64,000 bases of DNA, from positions 17,973-81,972 of the forward strand of contig JAUNVW010000001.1 of the NCBI GenBank assembly GCA_030540635.1, given 5' to 3'. The stretch's first letter is position 1. Every line of letters starts with the position of its first letter. Below the pieces are notes generated by a model that was not told the DNA's origin, ran no database searches, and worked only from the letters and a program-made list of their open reading frames with translations. Position numbers and translations under genes: made by a program. Shown here in pieces: positions 51,636-63,081 of the stretch. Origin of the DNA: Tissierellia bacterium. Its GTDB lineage: Bacteria; Bacillota; Clostridia; Tissierellales; Peptoniphilaceae.

Positions 51636-52379
51636 ATGAAATATAATGTAATCAAGGCGCAATTTATTGAAAGAATTAATCGTTTTGTGGCCATCGTTGC
51701 AATAAATGGTGTTAAAGCCAAAGCCCATGTGCCAAATACAGGTCGATTGACCGAATTATTTGTCTTTGGCGCAATTTGTTATGTGCAAAAATCCAATAAT
51801 CCCCAACGCAAAACAAAATATAGCTTAATCGCCATCGAGAAAGAAGGACGGGTCTTTAATATCGATTCCCAAGGGCCCAATAAAATTTTGTATAACGCCC
51901 TTATCAATACGAAGGAAACAAATTTTAATATTCCTTCGTCCTTTACAAAAGAACTCCCCGATATTATGGGAAGTTTTGATGTATTAAAACGGGAAGTTAC
52001 TTATCAACGATCACGGTTTGATTTGTATTTTAAAGATACATTGAATAATCGCGAAGGATTTATCGAAGTAAAGGGGGTTACATTGGAAAAAGAAAATATC
52101 GCATCTTTTCCTGCATCTCCAACAATCCGTGGACAAAAGCATCTCGATGAATTAATTGATGCAAAGAAAAAGGGTTACGATAGCTTCGTTGTATTCATCA
52201 TACAATTTATGAATCCAATAAAATTTACCCCCTGTTGGGATATTGACCCCGTATTTTCAGAGCATTTGGTCCAAGCACAGGAATCTGGCGTCCATATTCT
52301 TGCCTATGATACCATTGTTAAGCCCGATTCCATGAAATTAAATCGCCGAATTCCCATTGATCTAAGGAGAAAATCATGA
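51636..52379 (+). CDS. sfsA: SfsA-family protein (sugar fermentation stimulation / nuclease-like fold)
   Basis: 247 aa. N-terminus FIERINRFVA..HVPNTGRL and IEVKGVTL are typical of SfsA. Confidence 0.85.
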   Translation: MKYNVIKAQFIERINRFVAIVAINGVKAKAHVPNTGRLTELFVFGAICYVQKSNNPQRKTKYSLIAIEKEGRVFNIDSQGPNKILYNALINTKETNFNIPSSFTKELPDIMGSFDVLKREVTYQRSRFDLYFKDTLNNREGFIEVKGVTLEKENIASFPASPTIRGQKHLDELIDAKKKGYDSFVVFIIQFMNPIKFTPCWDIDPVFSEHLVQAQESGVHILAYDTIVKPDSMKLNRRIPIDLRRKS

Positions 52380-53500
52380 TTAATTTTATCATCGCCGAGT
52401 ATAATCCTTTCCATTATGGCCATCAATATCAATTGAATAAAATAAAGGGATCAAAAATCATTATTCTATCCGGGGATATTACACAACGTGGAGAAGCCGC
52501 AATCCAAGGAAAATATATCCGTGCCCAATGGGCCATTAAAAATGGGGCAGATCTTGTATTAGAACTCCCCATCATGTATACACTCCAATCTGCGACAAAT
52601 TATGCAAAAGGTGGGGTAAAATTAGCTGCAGATACCAATTTAAACGGCACATTGGTCTTTTCCGCTGAAAACCCCGAAGAGTTGCCTAAGTTTTATCAAG
52701 AATTAAATAGCCGAGAACTTATTCCTATTTACCACCAATTTCGAAAAGAAGGATATGCCCACGGTCACGCCTTAAGGAAAGCTTACAAATGTATACATTC
52801 CCGTGATGTATTGTTTAAATCAAATAATATCCTTGGGCTTTCTTATTTAGAGGCTTTAAAAGATTATCCCTCCTTAAAATATCAGATATTACAAAGAATC
52901 GGTGATGATTATAGGAATAAACAAGTGGAGGACGCCATCGCCTCGGCAACTGCTATTCGACGTTTTATCGCGGAAGATAAAAAAGAATCCATTGAAAATT
53001 TCTTACCCAAAAATGTTTATCTCGATTTACCTAAAAAATGGAAAACAAAGTCATTTTACCCATTATTACAGTATCGTTTGGGTATTTTACAAGATTCGAT
53101 GGTTCCCATTACTGGTTATGAACGGGGAATGGAAGATTTATTTCGCAAAAATATTGAAAATACCGAGGAAGATTTTTTTAATAAGACCATATCAAAGCGA
53201 TATACGAAAGTTCGTATACGGCGTTTAATATTAAATTATTTATTGGATATCACAAAAAAAGAGCTGGACCAAAGTTTACTTGATACCAGCTACTATTTTA
53301 AAGTATTGGCCTCTAATCATCATGGTCTAGATTTACTAAAGGAAATTAAAAGCCATTCATCTGTTCCAATTATAACGAATTATCGGCAATTTCGTGAATT
53401 AAAGGGTCGAATGAGAAAATCCTTTATCAAGGACTTAAGCGCATCTTTTCTTGTTCATGGAAAAATTGAGGACTATTATGGCGCCAAAATGCAATTATAA
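52376..53500 (+). CDS. tmcAL: tRNA(Met) cytidine acetate ligase / YlbM-type nucleotidyltransferase
   Basis: N-terminus IIAEYNPFHYGHQYQL and a size of about 374 aa. Confidence 0.78.
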   Translation: MINFIIAEYNPFHYGHQYQLNKIKGSKIIILSGDITQRGEAAIQGKYIRAQWAIKNGADLVLELPIMYTLQSATNYAKGGVKLAADTNLNGTLVFSAENPEELPKFYQELNSRELIPIYHQFRKEGYAHGHALRKAYKCIHSRDVLFKSNNILGLSYLEALKDYPSLKYQILQRIGDDYRNKQVEDAIASATAIRRFIAEDKKESIENFLPKNVYLDLPKKWKTKSFYPLLQYRLGILQDSMVPITGYERGMEDLFRKNIENTEEDFFNKTISKRYTKVRIRRLILNYLLDITKKELDQSLLDTSYYFKVLASNHHGLDLLKEIKSHSSVPIITNYRQFRELKGRMRKSFIKDLSASFLVHGKIEDYYGAKMQL

Positions 53501-54469
53501 ATATTTTTCTATTGCTTCTTCTAGGGAGCCGGGGTAAAAATATATCGTTGGAACTTCAAAAACAGTATGGGCACCATATTTACCCTTTTGATATAATTGA
53601 TAACAAGCCCTCGCACTAGCCAAGGCCACAGATGCCGTAAAATCGGGATTGGAATCAAGATCCAAATGATATTCCATTAATGAATGATTGATCCCCGTTA
53701 TCCCTTGGCGAAATACATATCCACCATGATTAAGGCCTTGATGATTCTTAAGGTATTCTTCTTTGGATATCTCATGAATTTCGACATCATAACCTTTAAA
53801 ATAATCCTCCATATTGCGGATTTCCTCTTGAATTTTTTGAAAATTTGCCCCTTCTTCCAATACAATATAACATATTCTTTTATGACCTCTTATACGATCA
53901 ATATTCATTGTTTTTTTATGACGAACTTGATCCATAAGATCTTCTTTTGGAACGGTATATTGTACAGCCCATTGAACACCATCAATTCTTCGTAAAGCAT
54001 CGGAATGACCTTGGGAAACGCCAGTTCCCCAAAATGTATAGGTTTTACCTTCTGCCTGGATTGATTCATGGAGCAAGCGAATCCAAGAGAATAAACCAGG
54101 ATCCCATCCCGCAGCAATAATACTGGATTTTTCTGATTTTTTCCCAATATGATCCATTTGCTGATAATAATTAAAAAGTTTGCGATGATTATCATAAACA
54201 TCCACGGTGTTAAAATTAGAGAGTAAATGAGGCCCTTGTTCAGGGATATCGGATTTGGAACCACCACAAAGAATCAATACATCAATATCATCTTTATATT
54301 TTATCACGGTATTATAAGAATATACCGAATTTTTCGTGATCAGATCCTTTGGATTTCTCCGGGTAAATATCCCAAATAATTCGAGATCTTCCCATTGATT
54401 TACAACACGTTCCACCGATTGACCTAAATTGCCATAACCTACAATTCCAATTTGAATTTTTTTACCCAT
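53495..54469 (-). CDS. ddh: meso-Diaminopimelate D-dehydrogenase
   Basis: IGIVGYGNLG Rossmann motif and WGTGVSQGHSDALRRIDGV signature. Confidence 0.85.
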   Translation of the reverse strand: MGKKIQIGIVGYGNLGQSVERVVNQWEDLELFGIFTRRNPKDLITKNSVYSYNTVIKYKDDIDVLILCGGSKSDIPEQGPHLLSNFNTVDVYDNHRKLFNYYQQMDHIGKKSEKSSIIAAGWDPGLFSWIRLLHESIQAEGKTYTFWGTGVSQGHSDALRRIDGVQWAVQYTVPKEDLMDQVRHKKTMNIDRIRGHKRICYIVLEEGANFQKIQEEIRNMEDYFKGYDVEIHEISKEEYLKNHQGLNHGGYVFRQGITGINHSLMEYHLDLDSNPDFTASVALASARACYQLYQKGKYGAHTVFEVPTIYFYPGSLEEAIEKYL

Positions 54470-55232
54470 CTTTTACCATATCCTCCATCGAATAAAAACC
54501 GGGCTTTTGTTTCACAAGCCATTTCCCTGCTTTATATGCCCCTTTGGCAAATATTTTTTTACTGTATGCACGATGCTTTAATTCCAATATTTCATCTTCT
54601 CCGAGGAATAAAACACTATGATCCCCAGGGACGGTTCCTCCACGGACACTAAAGATTCCCAGCTCCTTCTTGTTTCGACATTCATTTTTTGGGGATCGAT
54701 CATATACCACTTCTAAATCTCGTATTTCTTGCAATGCCTTGGCCAATAAATAAGCCGTACCCGAAGGACTGTCTTTTTTATATCGATGATGCGCTTCTAT
54801 CAATTCTATATCATAATCCTCTAGGAGTATTGCTGCATTTTGAATGAGTTTTTTTAGAACAAATATGCCATAACTCATATTCTGACTATAAAATACTGGA
54901 ATTTTTAATGCCGTTTTATTCATTTTCTCCATTGTTGTTTTACTTATCCCTGTTGTCGCGACAAGTATTGGTGTATTTGTGCTTAAGGCGAAGTCAAGCC
55001 AATCGCTAACTTTATTTGCCGCTGAAAAATCAATGATAAGATCAAAATCAATATTTACCTCTTTCCATTTATCGAATACAGGTATTTTATCCTTTATCTT
55101 TATGACTTTTTCACCAATTCCACCAACAATTGAAATATCTTCTTCCTTAGTTTCAAGGAGAGCTTTTCCCATTGCCCCAGTTATACCGGTAATAAAGATC
55201 CGTAGATTATCCATGGATAATCCCTGCTTCAA
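54462..55232 (-). CDS. dapB: 4-hydroxy-tetrahydrodipicolinate reductase; the likely start is MDNLRIF at 55214
   Basis: ITGITGAMG NAD(P) motif and the EAHHRYKKDSPSGTA signature. Confidence 0.85.
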   Translation of the reverse strand: MKQGLSMDNLRIFITGITGAMGKALLETKEEDISIVGGIGEKVIKIKDKIPVFDKWKEVNIDFDLIIDFSAANKVSDWLDFALSTNTPILVATTGISKTTMEKMNKTALKIPVFYSQNMSYGIFVLKKLIQNAAILLEDYDIELIEAHHRYKKDSPSGTAYLLAKALQEIRDLEVVYDRSPKNECRNKKELGIFSVRGGTVPGDHSVLFLGEDEILELKHRAYSKKIFAKGAYKAGKWLVKQKPGFYSMEDMVKDG

Positions 55233-56091
55233 TCATGGTTCGTTTCAATTCTTTTTCGCAAGATTTACTCGCTTTTACCAATGGTAATCGAGGATCTCCA
55301 ATTCTATACCCCATAAGTTCAAGGGCTTTGCGAACAGGGATTGGATTAACTTCATAAAATAAAGCATCGATCCATTCTTTGTATTTTAATTGAATTTCCA
55401 ACGATCCTTCAAGATCTCCACGGAAAAACTTGGCACATAGTTCATGAAATTCTTTGGGCACACAATTAGCGGCAACGGAGATTACACCGTGACCACCTGC
55501 TGCAAGTAAGGGAACGACGATATCATCATTTCCTGAATAAATCGCAAAATCATCACCAACAAGTCGTTTCACTTCAATGGTATATGAAATATTTCCCGTT
55601 GCATCCTTTAAACCACAAATTCCATCTATTTCAGAAAGACGTTTCACAGTTCTTGGTTCGATCGACATCCCTGTTCTCCCCGGGACATCGTAGAGAATAA
55701 TTGGTACCGTCGACGCATCGGCTATGGCCTCAAAATGAGCCATTAATCCTTCTTGCGTCGTTTTATTGTAATAAGGTGTTACTTGTAATAAACCATCTAT
55801 TCCTGTGTCGCAACACATCTTTGTTAAACCTACACCATGGCGGGTATCATTGGATCCCGCACCGGCGATTACTGGAATCCGGTGATTAATCTTTTTAACC
55901 GTAAAATCGATTAACTCCACTTGTTCTTCGTCAGTCATTGCCGATGCTTCACCCGTTGTTCCAGCGACGATGATTGCATCGGTATCATTGGATAAATGAA
56001 AGTCCAAGAGTTTTTCCATTTCTGGGTAATTAATCTCGCCATTTTCTTTAAATGGGGTAACTATTGCAACCCCTGATCCTTTAAATAACAT
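55207..56091 (-). CDS. dapA: 4-hydroxy-tetrahydrodipicolinate synthase
   Basis: GTTGEAS and YNKTTQEG motifs, with Lys in the GLKDATGN context. Confidence 0.92.
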   Translation of the reverse strand: MLFKGSGVAIVTPFKENGEINYPEMEKLLDFHLSNDTDAIIVAGTTGEASAMTDEEQVELIDFTVKKINHRIPVIAGAGSNDTRHGVGLTKMCCDTGIDGLLQVTPYYNKTTQEGLMAHFEAIADASTVPIILYDVPGRTGMSIEPRTVKRLSEIDGICGLKDATGNISYTIEVKRLVGDDFAIYSGNDDIVVPLLAAGGHGVISVAANCVPKEFHELCAKFFRGDLEGSLEIQLKYKEWIDALFYEVNPIPVRKALELMGYRIGDPRLPLVKASKSCEKELKRTMIEAGIIHG

Positions 56092-56102
56092 GATTATCCT
56101 TT

Positions 56103-57284
56103 CTATAAATTAAATTCTCTTGCCAAACCGCGGACGGCTGTGGCTTCGTTCTTCCCATCAATAAGAAATGATATGCTGATTTCTGAAGTCGACACTTGGT
56201 AAAAATCAATATGATTATCGACTAAAACCCCAAATGCACGTGCCGCAATTCCCGATTGATTTCGCATAGCATCACCGATGACCGACACCTTGACGATACC
56301 TTCTTGAAAATTTGCTTCAATTTCTTCTTCTTTAAATAGCAATTCAATATCATTTTTAGATTCTTCCGTCGTTGTAAAATAAATATTTTGATTATTCGTA
56401 TTTGAATTTAAAGAAATGACGTCAATATTAACATCGGCTCCTGCCAGTTCTTTAAACACATGGGCTGATTTGTTTTTTAAATGATCACTTTTTAAATCTA
56501 CGAGCAAAATATTTTTCAGAACGGATATATTCGTTATGGTATTCTTTTCCAATCTACTCTCCTCGATTCTCGTTCCTATTGATTTTCCAGTACTCCGACC
56601 AATATACAAGGGGACTTTATAACGATACGCCAACTCTACTGCACGTGATGCAATAACTCCTGCCCCTAAAGATGCCATTTCCATGACCTCTTCATAGGAT
56701 AAATAATCATTTCGTTTTGCATCGGGAAAGATTCTCGGATCAACCGTATATATGCCATCGACATCGGTATAAATCTCACATGGACAGTTTAATTTTGCAG
56801 CCAATGCCACTGCCGATGTATCCGAGCCTCCTCGACCTAAAGTGGTCTGATCGCCAATATCGTTAATTCCTTGGAAACCTGCCACGATTACAATTTTATT
56901 TTCCTTTAGCCCCCGAATAACTCGTTTGGGATTTATATTGTCGATCTTTTGACGACCATGATGTCCATATGTTACAAAGCCTGCTTGTTGTCCTGTAAGA
57001 GAAATGGCATCATGACCCAAGGACTGGATCATCATCGCCAGTAATGCTATGGTAATTTGTTCGCCGGTTACTAATAATTGATCCATTTCTCTTTTTGAGG
57101 GATTATTGTCGATCTTCTTTGCTTTTTCGATAAGTTCATCGGTTGTATCCCCCATGGCTGATACCGTAACAACGACATTTTTCACCATTTCTTTTTTTTC
57201 AATAATCCGTTTGGCAACAGCCCGTAAATGATCATGATCTTTTACTGAACTTCCTCCAAATTTTAATACTACCGTATCTTCCAA
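56103..57284 (-). CDS. lysC: Aspartate kinase
   Basis: VVLKFGGSSV, GRGGSDTSA, C-terminal ACT domains. Confidence 0.9.
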   Translation of the reverse strand: MEDTVVLKFGGSSVKDHDHLRAVAKRIIEKKEMVKNVVVTVSAMGDTTDELIEKAKKIDNNPSKREMDQLLVTGEQITIALLAMMIQSLGHDAISLTGQQAGFVTYGHHGRQKIDNINPKRVIRGLKENKIVIVAGFQGINDIGDQTTLGRGGSDTSAVALAAKLNCPCEIYTDVDGIYTVDPRIFPDAKRNDYLSYEEVMEMASLGAGVIASRAVELAYRYKVPLYIGRSTGKSIGTRIEESRLEKNTITNISVLKNILLVDLKSDHLKNKSAHVFKELAGADVNIDVISLNSNTNNQNIYFTTTEESKNDIELLFKEEEIEANFQEGIVKVSVIGDAMRNQSGIAARAFGVLVDNHIDFYQVSTSEISISFLIDGKNEATAVRGLAREFNL

Positions 57285-58555
57285 TGATTCTCTCCTTTCA
57301 GTAAATCTTCAATACTTTGTCGTTCGACCATCGTATGAATATCATCGTGGACGGAAATTATCATCGGTTTTAAAAAACGATTATAATTTGAAGCCATGGC
57401 ATAGGTATAAGCTCCTGTACCTAAGACCATTAATCGATCCCCAGTCTCTGGATCAGGCAAAGAGATTCGATCAATTAAAATATCTGAGGATTCACAAAAT
57501 TTTCCACCTATGGTAAAGTCCATTTTATCATTTGGACGTTTCGGATCGGTGATTGCGGTGTATTCTGCTCCATATAATGCAGGCCGAATATTATCCCCCA
57601 TTCCACCATCGATAAAAAGATAATTTTTACCCGGAACTCTTTTCTTTGTACCAATTTCATAAACGGTATTCATATAATCATTAATAAGGGAACGACCAGG
57701 TTCAATGTAAATTTCCTTAATCGCCAAGTCTTTATTTTTAATTTCATGTTCCAAAAATAAGACATAGTCTTTTAAGAAGTCCGCCAAGGAAAATGCCTCA
57801 TCCTTTTCCGTGTAGGCGACACCAAATCCTCCGCCTAAGTTGATGACCGGTAAGATGATATCCTGCTCTTTTAATTTTTTATAATAATCCAAAAGGATAT
57901 TCGCCGCTTTAAAAAAAGAATCTTTACGAAATATTTGGGAACCAATATGAATATGAAAACCTTGGATATTTAAATCTCTTTCTCCACGAATTCGTTGGAT
58001 TAAATGATTATCCTCGATATCAATGCCAAATTTTGAATCCGGTGTTGCTGTTTTAATAAATTCATGGGTTTCTGCTTCAACACGGGGATTTATTCGAATT
58101 AAAACCTTTATTTCTTCCTTCCTTGTCTTGGCAATCGTCTTTAAACGGTCCCATTCTTCATAATTGTCAATGACAAAATAAGCAACGCCTAATTCAATAG
58201 CTTTCATCAGTTCTTTGGACGATTTATTGTTTCCATGGAAGAATACATGTTTAAAATTAAAATCAGACGCTTTTGCAGTTAACATTTCACCGAAAGAAAC
58301 AATATCGATATAGTATTTGTAATACTCTAAAATATCGTAGATATAGGGTAAAGAAAGGGCCTTTGACGCGTAAACGATTCCTGTCTTAAATCTTGTCGAA
58401 CGAAAAGCAGTTTCCAATTCCAATAAATGATCAATAAATCTCTCCTCGTCAAAGATCAACAACGGTGTGCCATAGGTTTTCACCAGTTCTTCGATCTTGA
58501 ACTTTTTCATGTAAAGTTCTCCATTTTTATAATGGTAATTTAAGGGTAAATTCAA
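57269..58555 (-). CDS. lysA: Diaminopimelate decarboxylase
   Basis: TTG start with RBS AGGAGG. YGTPLLIFDE, YASKA (PLP Lys), GGGFGV, and CESSD. Confidence 0.9.
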   Translation of the reverse strand: MNLPLNYHYKNGELYMKKFKIEELVKTYGTPLLIFDEERFIDHLLELETAFRSTRFKTGIVYASKALSLPYIYDILEYYKYYIDIVSFGEMLTAKASDFNFKHVFFHGNNKSSKELMKAIELGVAYFVIDNYEEWDRLKTIAKTRKEEIKVLIRINPRVEAETHEFIKTATPDSKFGIDIEDNHLIQRIRGERDLNIQGFHIHIGSQIFRKDSFFKAANILLDYYKKLKEQDIILPVINLGGGFGVAYTEKDEAFSLADFLKDYVLFLEHEIKNKDLAIKEIYIEPGRSLINDYMNTVYEIGTKKRVPGKNYLFIDGGMGDNIRPALYGAEYTAITDPKRPNDKMDFTIGGKFCESSDILIDRISLPDPETGDRLMVLGTGAYTYAMASNYNRFLKPMIISVHDDIHTMVERQSIEDLLKGENHWKIR

Positions 58556-58573
58556 AATAACCTCCTAGCAAAT

Positions 58574-58768
58574 AAAAAACGACCTAGAGCAAAAGGTACT
58601 CTAAGTCTTCCTTCTGCCCTCAATGTGAAAGTGCTCCATAAAAGGAATGGGCATCCCCTTTATGACAAGATAATATCTATTAAATATTATCCCAGCAATA
58701 ATTGATATCACTTCGGCGACACAGCCTTTCGATAAACTACTCTTATGTGTCGCGACCCCAAAGCACAT
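58574..58768 (-). promoter_or_regulatory. Lysine riboswitch (L-box) with terminator
   Basis: The minus strand shows GGGGTCGCGA..AGAGTA..GTCGCCGAAG..TGCTGG..TTGTCA..AAGGGGA in the order of the L-box core. A terminator follows: GACTTAGAG-N9-CTCTAGGTC plus T6 (58581..58607). The promoter is TTGACT-17-TAGCAT at 58789..58817. Confidence 0.8.
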
Positions 58769-58820
58769 TGAATATTAACTTATTTGTAATGCTATCATGT
58801 TATCTTGATAAAGTCAAATA

Positions 58821-59576
58821 TTATTGTCCTTTTTGTTTAGTTAAAATCCTTGGCCCCTCTTTTGTAATCGCCAGGGTATGTTCATATTGACAGGAATATT
58901 TTCCATCATCGGTAACTGCTGTCCATCCATTATCCGCCAAATGTAGATGATGCTTGCCTTGATTAATCATTGGTTCAATGGTGATGACCATTCCCTCTTC
59001 TAAACGCTGTCCCCGGCCTTTTTTCCCGTAATGAAGCACCATGGGATCTTCATGCATATTTGTTCCAATACCATGGCCGGTAAATTCACGAACGACAGAA
59101 TACCCATTGGATTCTGCATATTCTTGAATTGTCGATCCAATATCTCCTAGGCGATTTCCAATCACCGCTTGTTCTATTCCCAAATACATTGCTTTCCTTG
59201 TTATTTTCATTAATTTTAATACATCGTCATTACAATTGCCAACGCCATAGGACCAACATGAATCCGCCATATAACCGTCCTTTTCCACAACAGTATCGAC
59301 TTTCAATAAATCATTATCCTTTAAAACATAATCACTGGGAAAACCATGGCAAATTTCTTCATTAACGGAAGCACATATGGCATAAGGAAATCCCTCATAA
59401 CCGATCTGAGCTGGAATTGCTCCTTGATTTCTTATAAAGGTTTCGCAAAAGTCGTTCACTTCCATTGTTGTTATGCCCGGTTTAATAAAATCCCTTAAGG
59501 CTTCGTGCATACCACTAATTACATCACCGGCAATATTCATTTTTTCAATTTCATTTTTAGTTTTTAATATAATCAA
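58821..59576 (-). CDS. map: Methionine aminopeptidase type I
   Basis: 251 aa with the metal-ligand pattern (D..D..H..E..E) in typical MAP contexts (HGIG, EPM). Confidence 0.92.
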   Translation of the reverse strand: MIILKTKNEIEKMNIAGDVISGMHEALRDFIKPGITTMEVNDFCETFIRNQGAIPAQIGYEGFPYAICASVNEEICHGFPSDYVLKDNDLLKVDTVVEKDGYMADSCWSYGVGNCNDDVLKLMKITRKAMYLGIEQAVIGNRLGDIGSTIQEYAESNGYSVVREFTGHGIGTNMHEDPMVLHYGKKGRGQRLEEGMVITIEPMINQGKHHLHLADNGWTAVTDDGKYSCQYEHTLAITKEGPRILTKQKGQ

Positions 59577-59579
59577 TTT

Positions 59580-60932
59580 CTACTCCTCTTTATTATTTTC
59601 ATCAATGTCTTCATAATCCTCAGGTATATGAATTCTTACCCGTTGTATTCGCTTATCCCAGATTCGATCAATATAAAAAGAAATGCCATCAATCGTCAAC
59701 TCTTTTTTTTCTCCATCCTTTGGCACATAACCTAAATGATGAATAAGTAATCCACCTAAGGTATCAAAATCTTCACTATTTTCATCAAATTTTGTACCTG
59801 CATTTGAATTTAATTCTTTAATCGATAACGATCCCAAACCATAAAAGGTATTCTCATCGACTACACGAATATCTGGGATATCAAGATCATACTCATCATC
59901 AATATCTCCTGTTATTTCCTCGATTAAATCCTCAATGGTTACAATGCCTGAAAATCCTCCATATTCATCGATTAAGATGGCCATATGATTTCTTTTTTGC
60001 TGCAATTCCAGAAATAAATCATTGATATTTTTTGATTCTGGTACGAAATAAGCGGGTTTAAGAATTTTTTCAATATCAACTCGATCAAAACCATATCGAT
60101 AGGCTTGTAGTAAATAATCTTTTACATATAATAATCCAATAATATTATCAATATGATCTTTATAAACCGGAATTCTTGAATAACGAAGTTCGATCATTTC
60201 TGGTACATAATTCTCGGGATGATCATCGATATTGATAACAAAAACTTCCGTTCTGGCCGTCATAATATCTTCACAATCCTTGTTGTCCAAGTCAATGACT
60301 GATTCAATCATATTTTTTTCTAATTCATCGATGATATTTTGTTCGTATCCGATTTCAATCATCGTTTTCAATTCTTCCATCGTGACATTTCCCCGTGCAA
60401 TATCCGGTGAAATACCAATTATCCTTAAAAGACCAATGGTTGTTTTTGACGAAATAAACACAAAAGGAGATAATAATGCTTTTATAAATCGTAATGGATT
60501 AACCGATAATCTTGCAAATCCCTTTTTATCTTCCACAACCATTCGTTTCGGAACAAGATCGCCAAATATAAAGATCAATAACGATATGAATAAAATAATT
60601 ACGATTAAGATGATATCAAAGGAAATGGATAAACCGAAAAACGAAAACCCCTGGGGAAACCATGTTAAAAGTTCCAATACTGTATATGTTGCAATGCTTA
60701 ACAATAACAACTTTTCTCCATATTCCAGTGTCATCATAAAACGATCACTGTCATTTAAAAGACGCATAATAAAAAAAGCACGCATATCTCCTGCCTCTCG
60801 TTCTTCTGCTAATTTTATTTTGTCTAAGGCCATATAGGCGACCTTTGCAGCGGTAAGTACTGCGTGTAAAAAGATCCCCAAAAGTATTATAATGATGGGC
60901 ATTATTTTTTTGAATAAATCCATATTTCCCAC
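59580..60932 (-). CDS. CNNM/HlyC-CorC family membrane protein (DUF21, CBS pair, CorC_HlyC)
   Basis: 450 aa with N-terminal TM segments, then a CBS pair and a C-terminal transporter-associated domain. Confidence 0.85.
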   Translation of the reverse strand: MGNMDLFKKIMPIIIILLGIFLHAVLTAAKVAYMALDKIKLAEEREAGDMRAFFIMRLLNDSDRFMMTLEYGEKLLLLSIATYTVLELLTWFPQGFSFFGLSISFDIILIVIILFISLLIFIFGDLVPKRMVVEDKKGFARLSVNPLRFIKALLSPFVFISSKTTIGLLRIIGISPDIARGNVTMEELKTMIEIGYEQNIIDELEKNMIESVIDLDNKDCEDIMTARTEVFVINIDDHPENYVPEMIELRYSRIPVYKDHIDNIIGLLYVKDYLLQAYRYGFDRVDIEKILKPAYFVPESKNINDLFLELQQKRNHMAILIDEYGGFSGIVTIEDLIEEITGDIDDEYDLDIPDIRVVDENTFYGLGSLSIKELNSNAGTKFDENSEDFDTLGGLLIHHLGYVPKDGEKKELTIDGISFYIDRIWDKRIQRVRIHIPEDYEDIDENNKEE

Positions 60933-60988
60933 TATTCCTCCTTTCCTCGATATTTCAATAATACCATATCTTGATCTCTTTTTAAATA

Positions 60989-61015
60989 AAAAGCATCGCC
61001 TAATGGCGATGCTTT
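60989..61015 (-). terminator. Intrinsic terminator after hppA
   Basis: AAAGCATCGCC-TAAT-GGCGATGCTTT followed by a T-run on the minus strand. Confidence 0.8.
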
Positions 61016-61019
61016 ATTT

Positions 61020-63035
61020 TTATTTTATAAAGTTATTAATGATTCCGCCGTATTGTAAAACAATGGGCGCAAAGACTAAAGATACGACCGTCATTAATTT
61101 TATTAAGATGTTTAGAGATGGTCCCGAAGTGTCTTTAAATGGATCACCAACGGTATCTCCAACAACTGCAGCCGTATGGGCTTCTGATCCTTTTCCACCA
61201 TGATGACCGGTTTCAATATATTTTTTTGCATTATCCCAAGCACCACCGGAATTTGACATAAAGATTGCCATTAAAACTCCGGTAACAAGAGATCCTGCCA
61301 ATAGTCCACCTAAGGCTTCTGCTCCCAACAATAAACCGACAATAACCGGACTCACAACGGCTAAGACACCTGGCACAATCATTTGACGAAGTGCTGCTGC
61401 AGTCGATATCGATACACAACGACTATAATCTGGTCGAGAGGTTCCCTCTAGGATTCCTGGAATTTCACGGAATTGACGGCGAACTTCTTCAATCATGTTA
61501 TTGGCTGCTGTACCAACGGCATCCATCGTTAATGCAGAGAATAAAAACGGTAGCATACCACCGATAAACATACCAGCAACGACAACGGCCTTCGAAACAT
61601 CGATCGATTCCAATTTAACGGCTTGTGTATAGGATGCAAATAATGCTAAAGCCGTTAACGCTGCAGAACCAATAGCAAATCCTTTACCAATGGCAGCCGT
61701 TGTATTACCAACAGAATCTAATTTATCGGTAATTTCACGGACATCTTCTGGCAATTCACACATTTCGGCAATCCCGCCTGCATTGTCTGCAATCGGACCA
61801 TAGGCATCTACAGCAATCGTCATTCCACATGTAGATAACATACCAATTGCCGCAACGGCTATACCGTATAGACCTTGGGTTGTATCAGCTACACCATTGG
61901 ATGCGAAGAAGGATACAATAATACCAATTGCAATGATAATAATCGGTCCTGTTGTGGAACGCATTCCCGTAGCTAAGCCCGAAATAATATTTGTCGATGC
62001 ACCTGTTTCAGATTCTTTTGCAATTTTTTGAACCGGAGTTTTTGCATCGGAAGTATAGAACTCTGTGAATTGAGAAATGATTAATCCAACTAATATTCCT
62101 GATAACACTGCGATAAATGGACGATATGTTTGAAGAATAAGATTAGATAGAACAAATGCTCCAACCATGGATAAACCAGAGGCAATAAATGTTCCCCGAT
62201 TTAATGTTTTTTGTGGGTCTTTATCTCCTTTGACTGTAAATACGCCAATAGCTGATGCAATGACGCCAATGGCAGCAACTGATATGGAATATACAATTCC
62301 ACTTTCACCAAATGCCAATAAACCAAGGGTAATACCGGATAAAATTGAACCGACATAGGATTCAAATAGATCGGCTCCCATACCTGCTACATCACCAACA
62401 TTATCTCCTACATTATCGGCAATCGTCGCAGGATTTCTTGGATCATCTTCTGGTATACCTGCCTCAACTTTACCAACTAAGTCTGCACCAACATCTGCAG
62501 CTTTTGTATAAATACCACCACCGACACGGGCAAATAAAGCAATTGACGATGCCCCAAAGGAAAAACCTGTTACAATTTCAGGATCTTTAAAAATTAGATA
62601 CATCGCCGTAATACCAATGATCCCTAATCCAACTACACTCATTCCCATAACGGCGCCACCTGAGAACGCTACATTAAGAGCGGATCCCATGCCACCTTCT
62701 TTTGCAGCATTGGCCGTACGGACATTGGCTCTTGTCGCCGCTGTCATTCCGACATAACCTGCAATACCGGAAAATAAAGCACCAATTAAGAAACAAATAC
62801 TAATTTTAATATTAATAAATGCCAGTACGACTGCTACGACAGCCACAAAAATCAGCAGTGCTTTATATTGCTTATTCAAGTAGGCCATAGCTCCTTCGTG
62901 AATAAATCCAGCAATTTCTTTCATTCGTTCTGTACCTTCGCTTAATTTGCCAATCGCTCCAATTTTAACAAATGCAATGATCAATGCGATGACTCCTGAG
63001 GCGATGGCTAGATACATTAGATGTTGCGTTTCCAT
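61020..63035 (-). CDS. hppA: Membrane-integral ion-pumping pyrophosphatase (K+-dependent type by motif)
   Basis: 671 aa. [26 protein letters not shown] and [18 protein letters not shown] motifs. Confidence 0.93.
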   Translation of the reverse strand: METQHLMYLAIASGVIALIIAFVKIGAIGKLSEGTERMKEIAGFIHEGAMAYLNKQYKALLIFVAVVAVVLAFINIKISICFLIGALFSGIAGYVGMTAATRANVRTANAAKEGGMGSALNVAFSGGAVMGMSVVGLGIIGITAMYLIFKDPEIVTGFSFGASSIALFARVGGGIYTKAADVGADLVGKVEAGIPEDDPRNPATIADNVGDNVGDVAGMGADLFESYVGSILSGITLGLLAFGESGIVYSISVAAIGVIASAIGVFTVKGDKDPQKTLNRGTFIASGLSMVGAFVLSNLILQTYRPFIAVLSGILVGLIISQFTEFYTSDAKTPVQKIAKESETGASTNIISGLATGMRSTTGPIIIIAIGIIVSFFASNGVADTTQGLYGIAVAAIGMLSTCGMTIAVDAYGPIADNAGGIAEMCELPEDVREITDKLDSVGNTTAAIGKGFAIGSAALTALALFASYTQAVKLESIDVSKAVVVAGMFIGGMLPFLFSALTMDAVGTAANNMIEEVRRQFREIPGILEGTSRPDYSRCVSISTAAALRQMIVPGVLAVVSPVIVGLLLGAEALGGLLAGSLVTGVLMAIFMSNSGGAWDNAKKYIETGHHGGKGSEAHTAAVVGDTVGDPFKDTSGPSLNILIKLMTVVSLVFAPIVLQYGGIINNFIK

Positions 63036-63081
63036 AAACTCCTCCTTAGAATATATTATTGTTTCATTTAAAAATCAGCGA

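Noticed and set aside
53905-54267. A 120-aa minus-strand ORF inside ddh in another frame
   Set aside because: It overlaps the well-supported ddh frame and has no independent signals.
60232-60837. A 201-aa + strand ORF
   Set aside because: It is entirely antisense to the CNNM/CorC gene, rich in Ser/Ile/Asn low-complexity sequence, and has no RBS.
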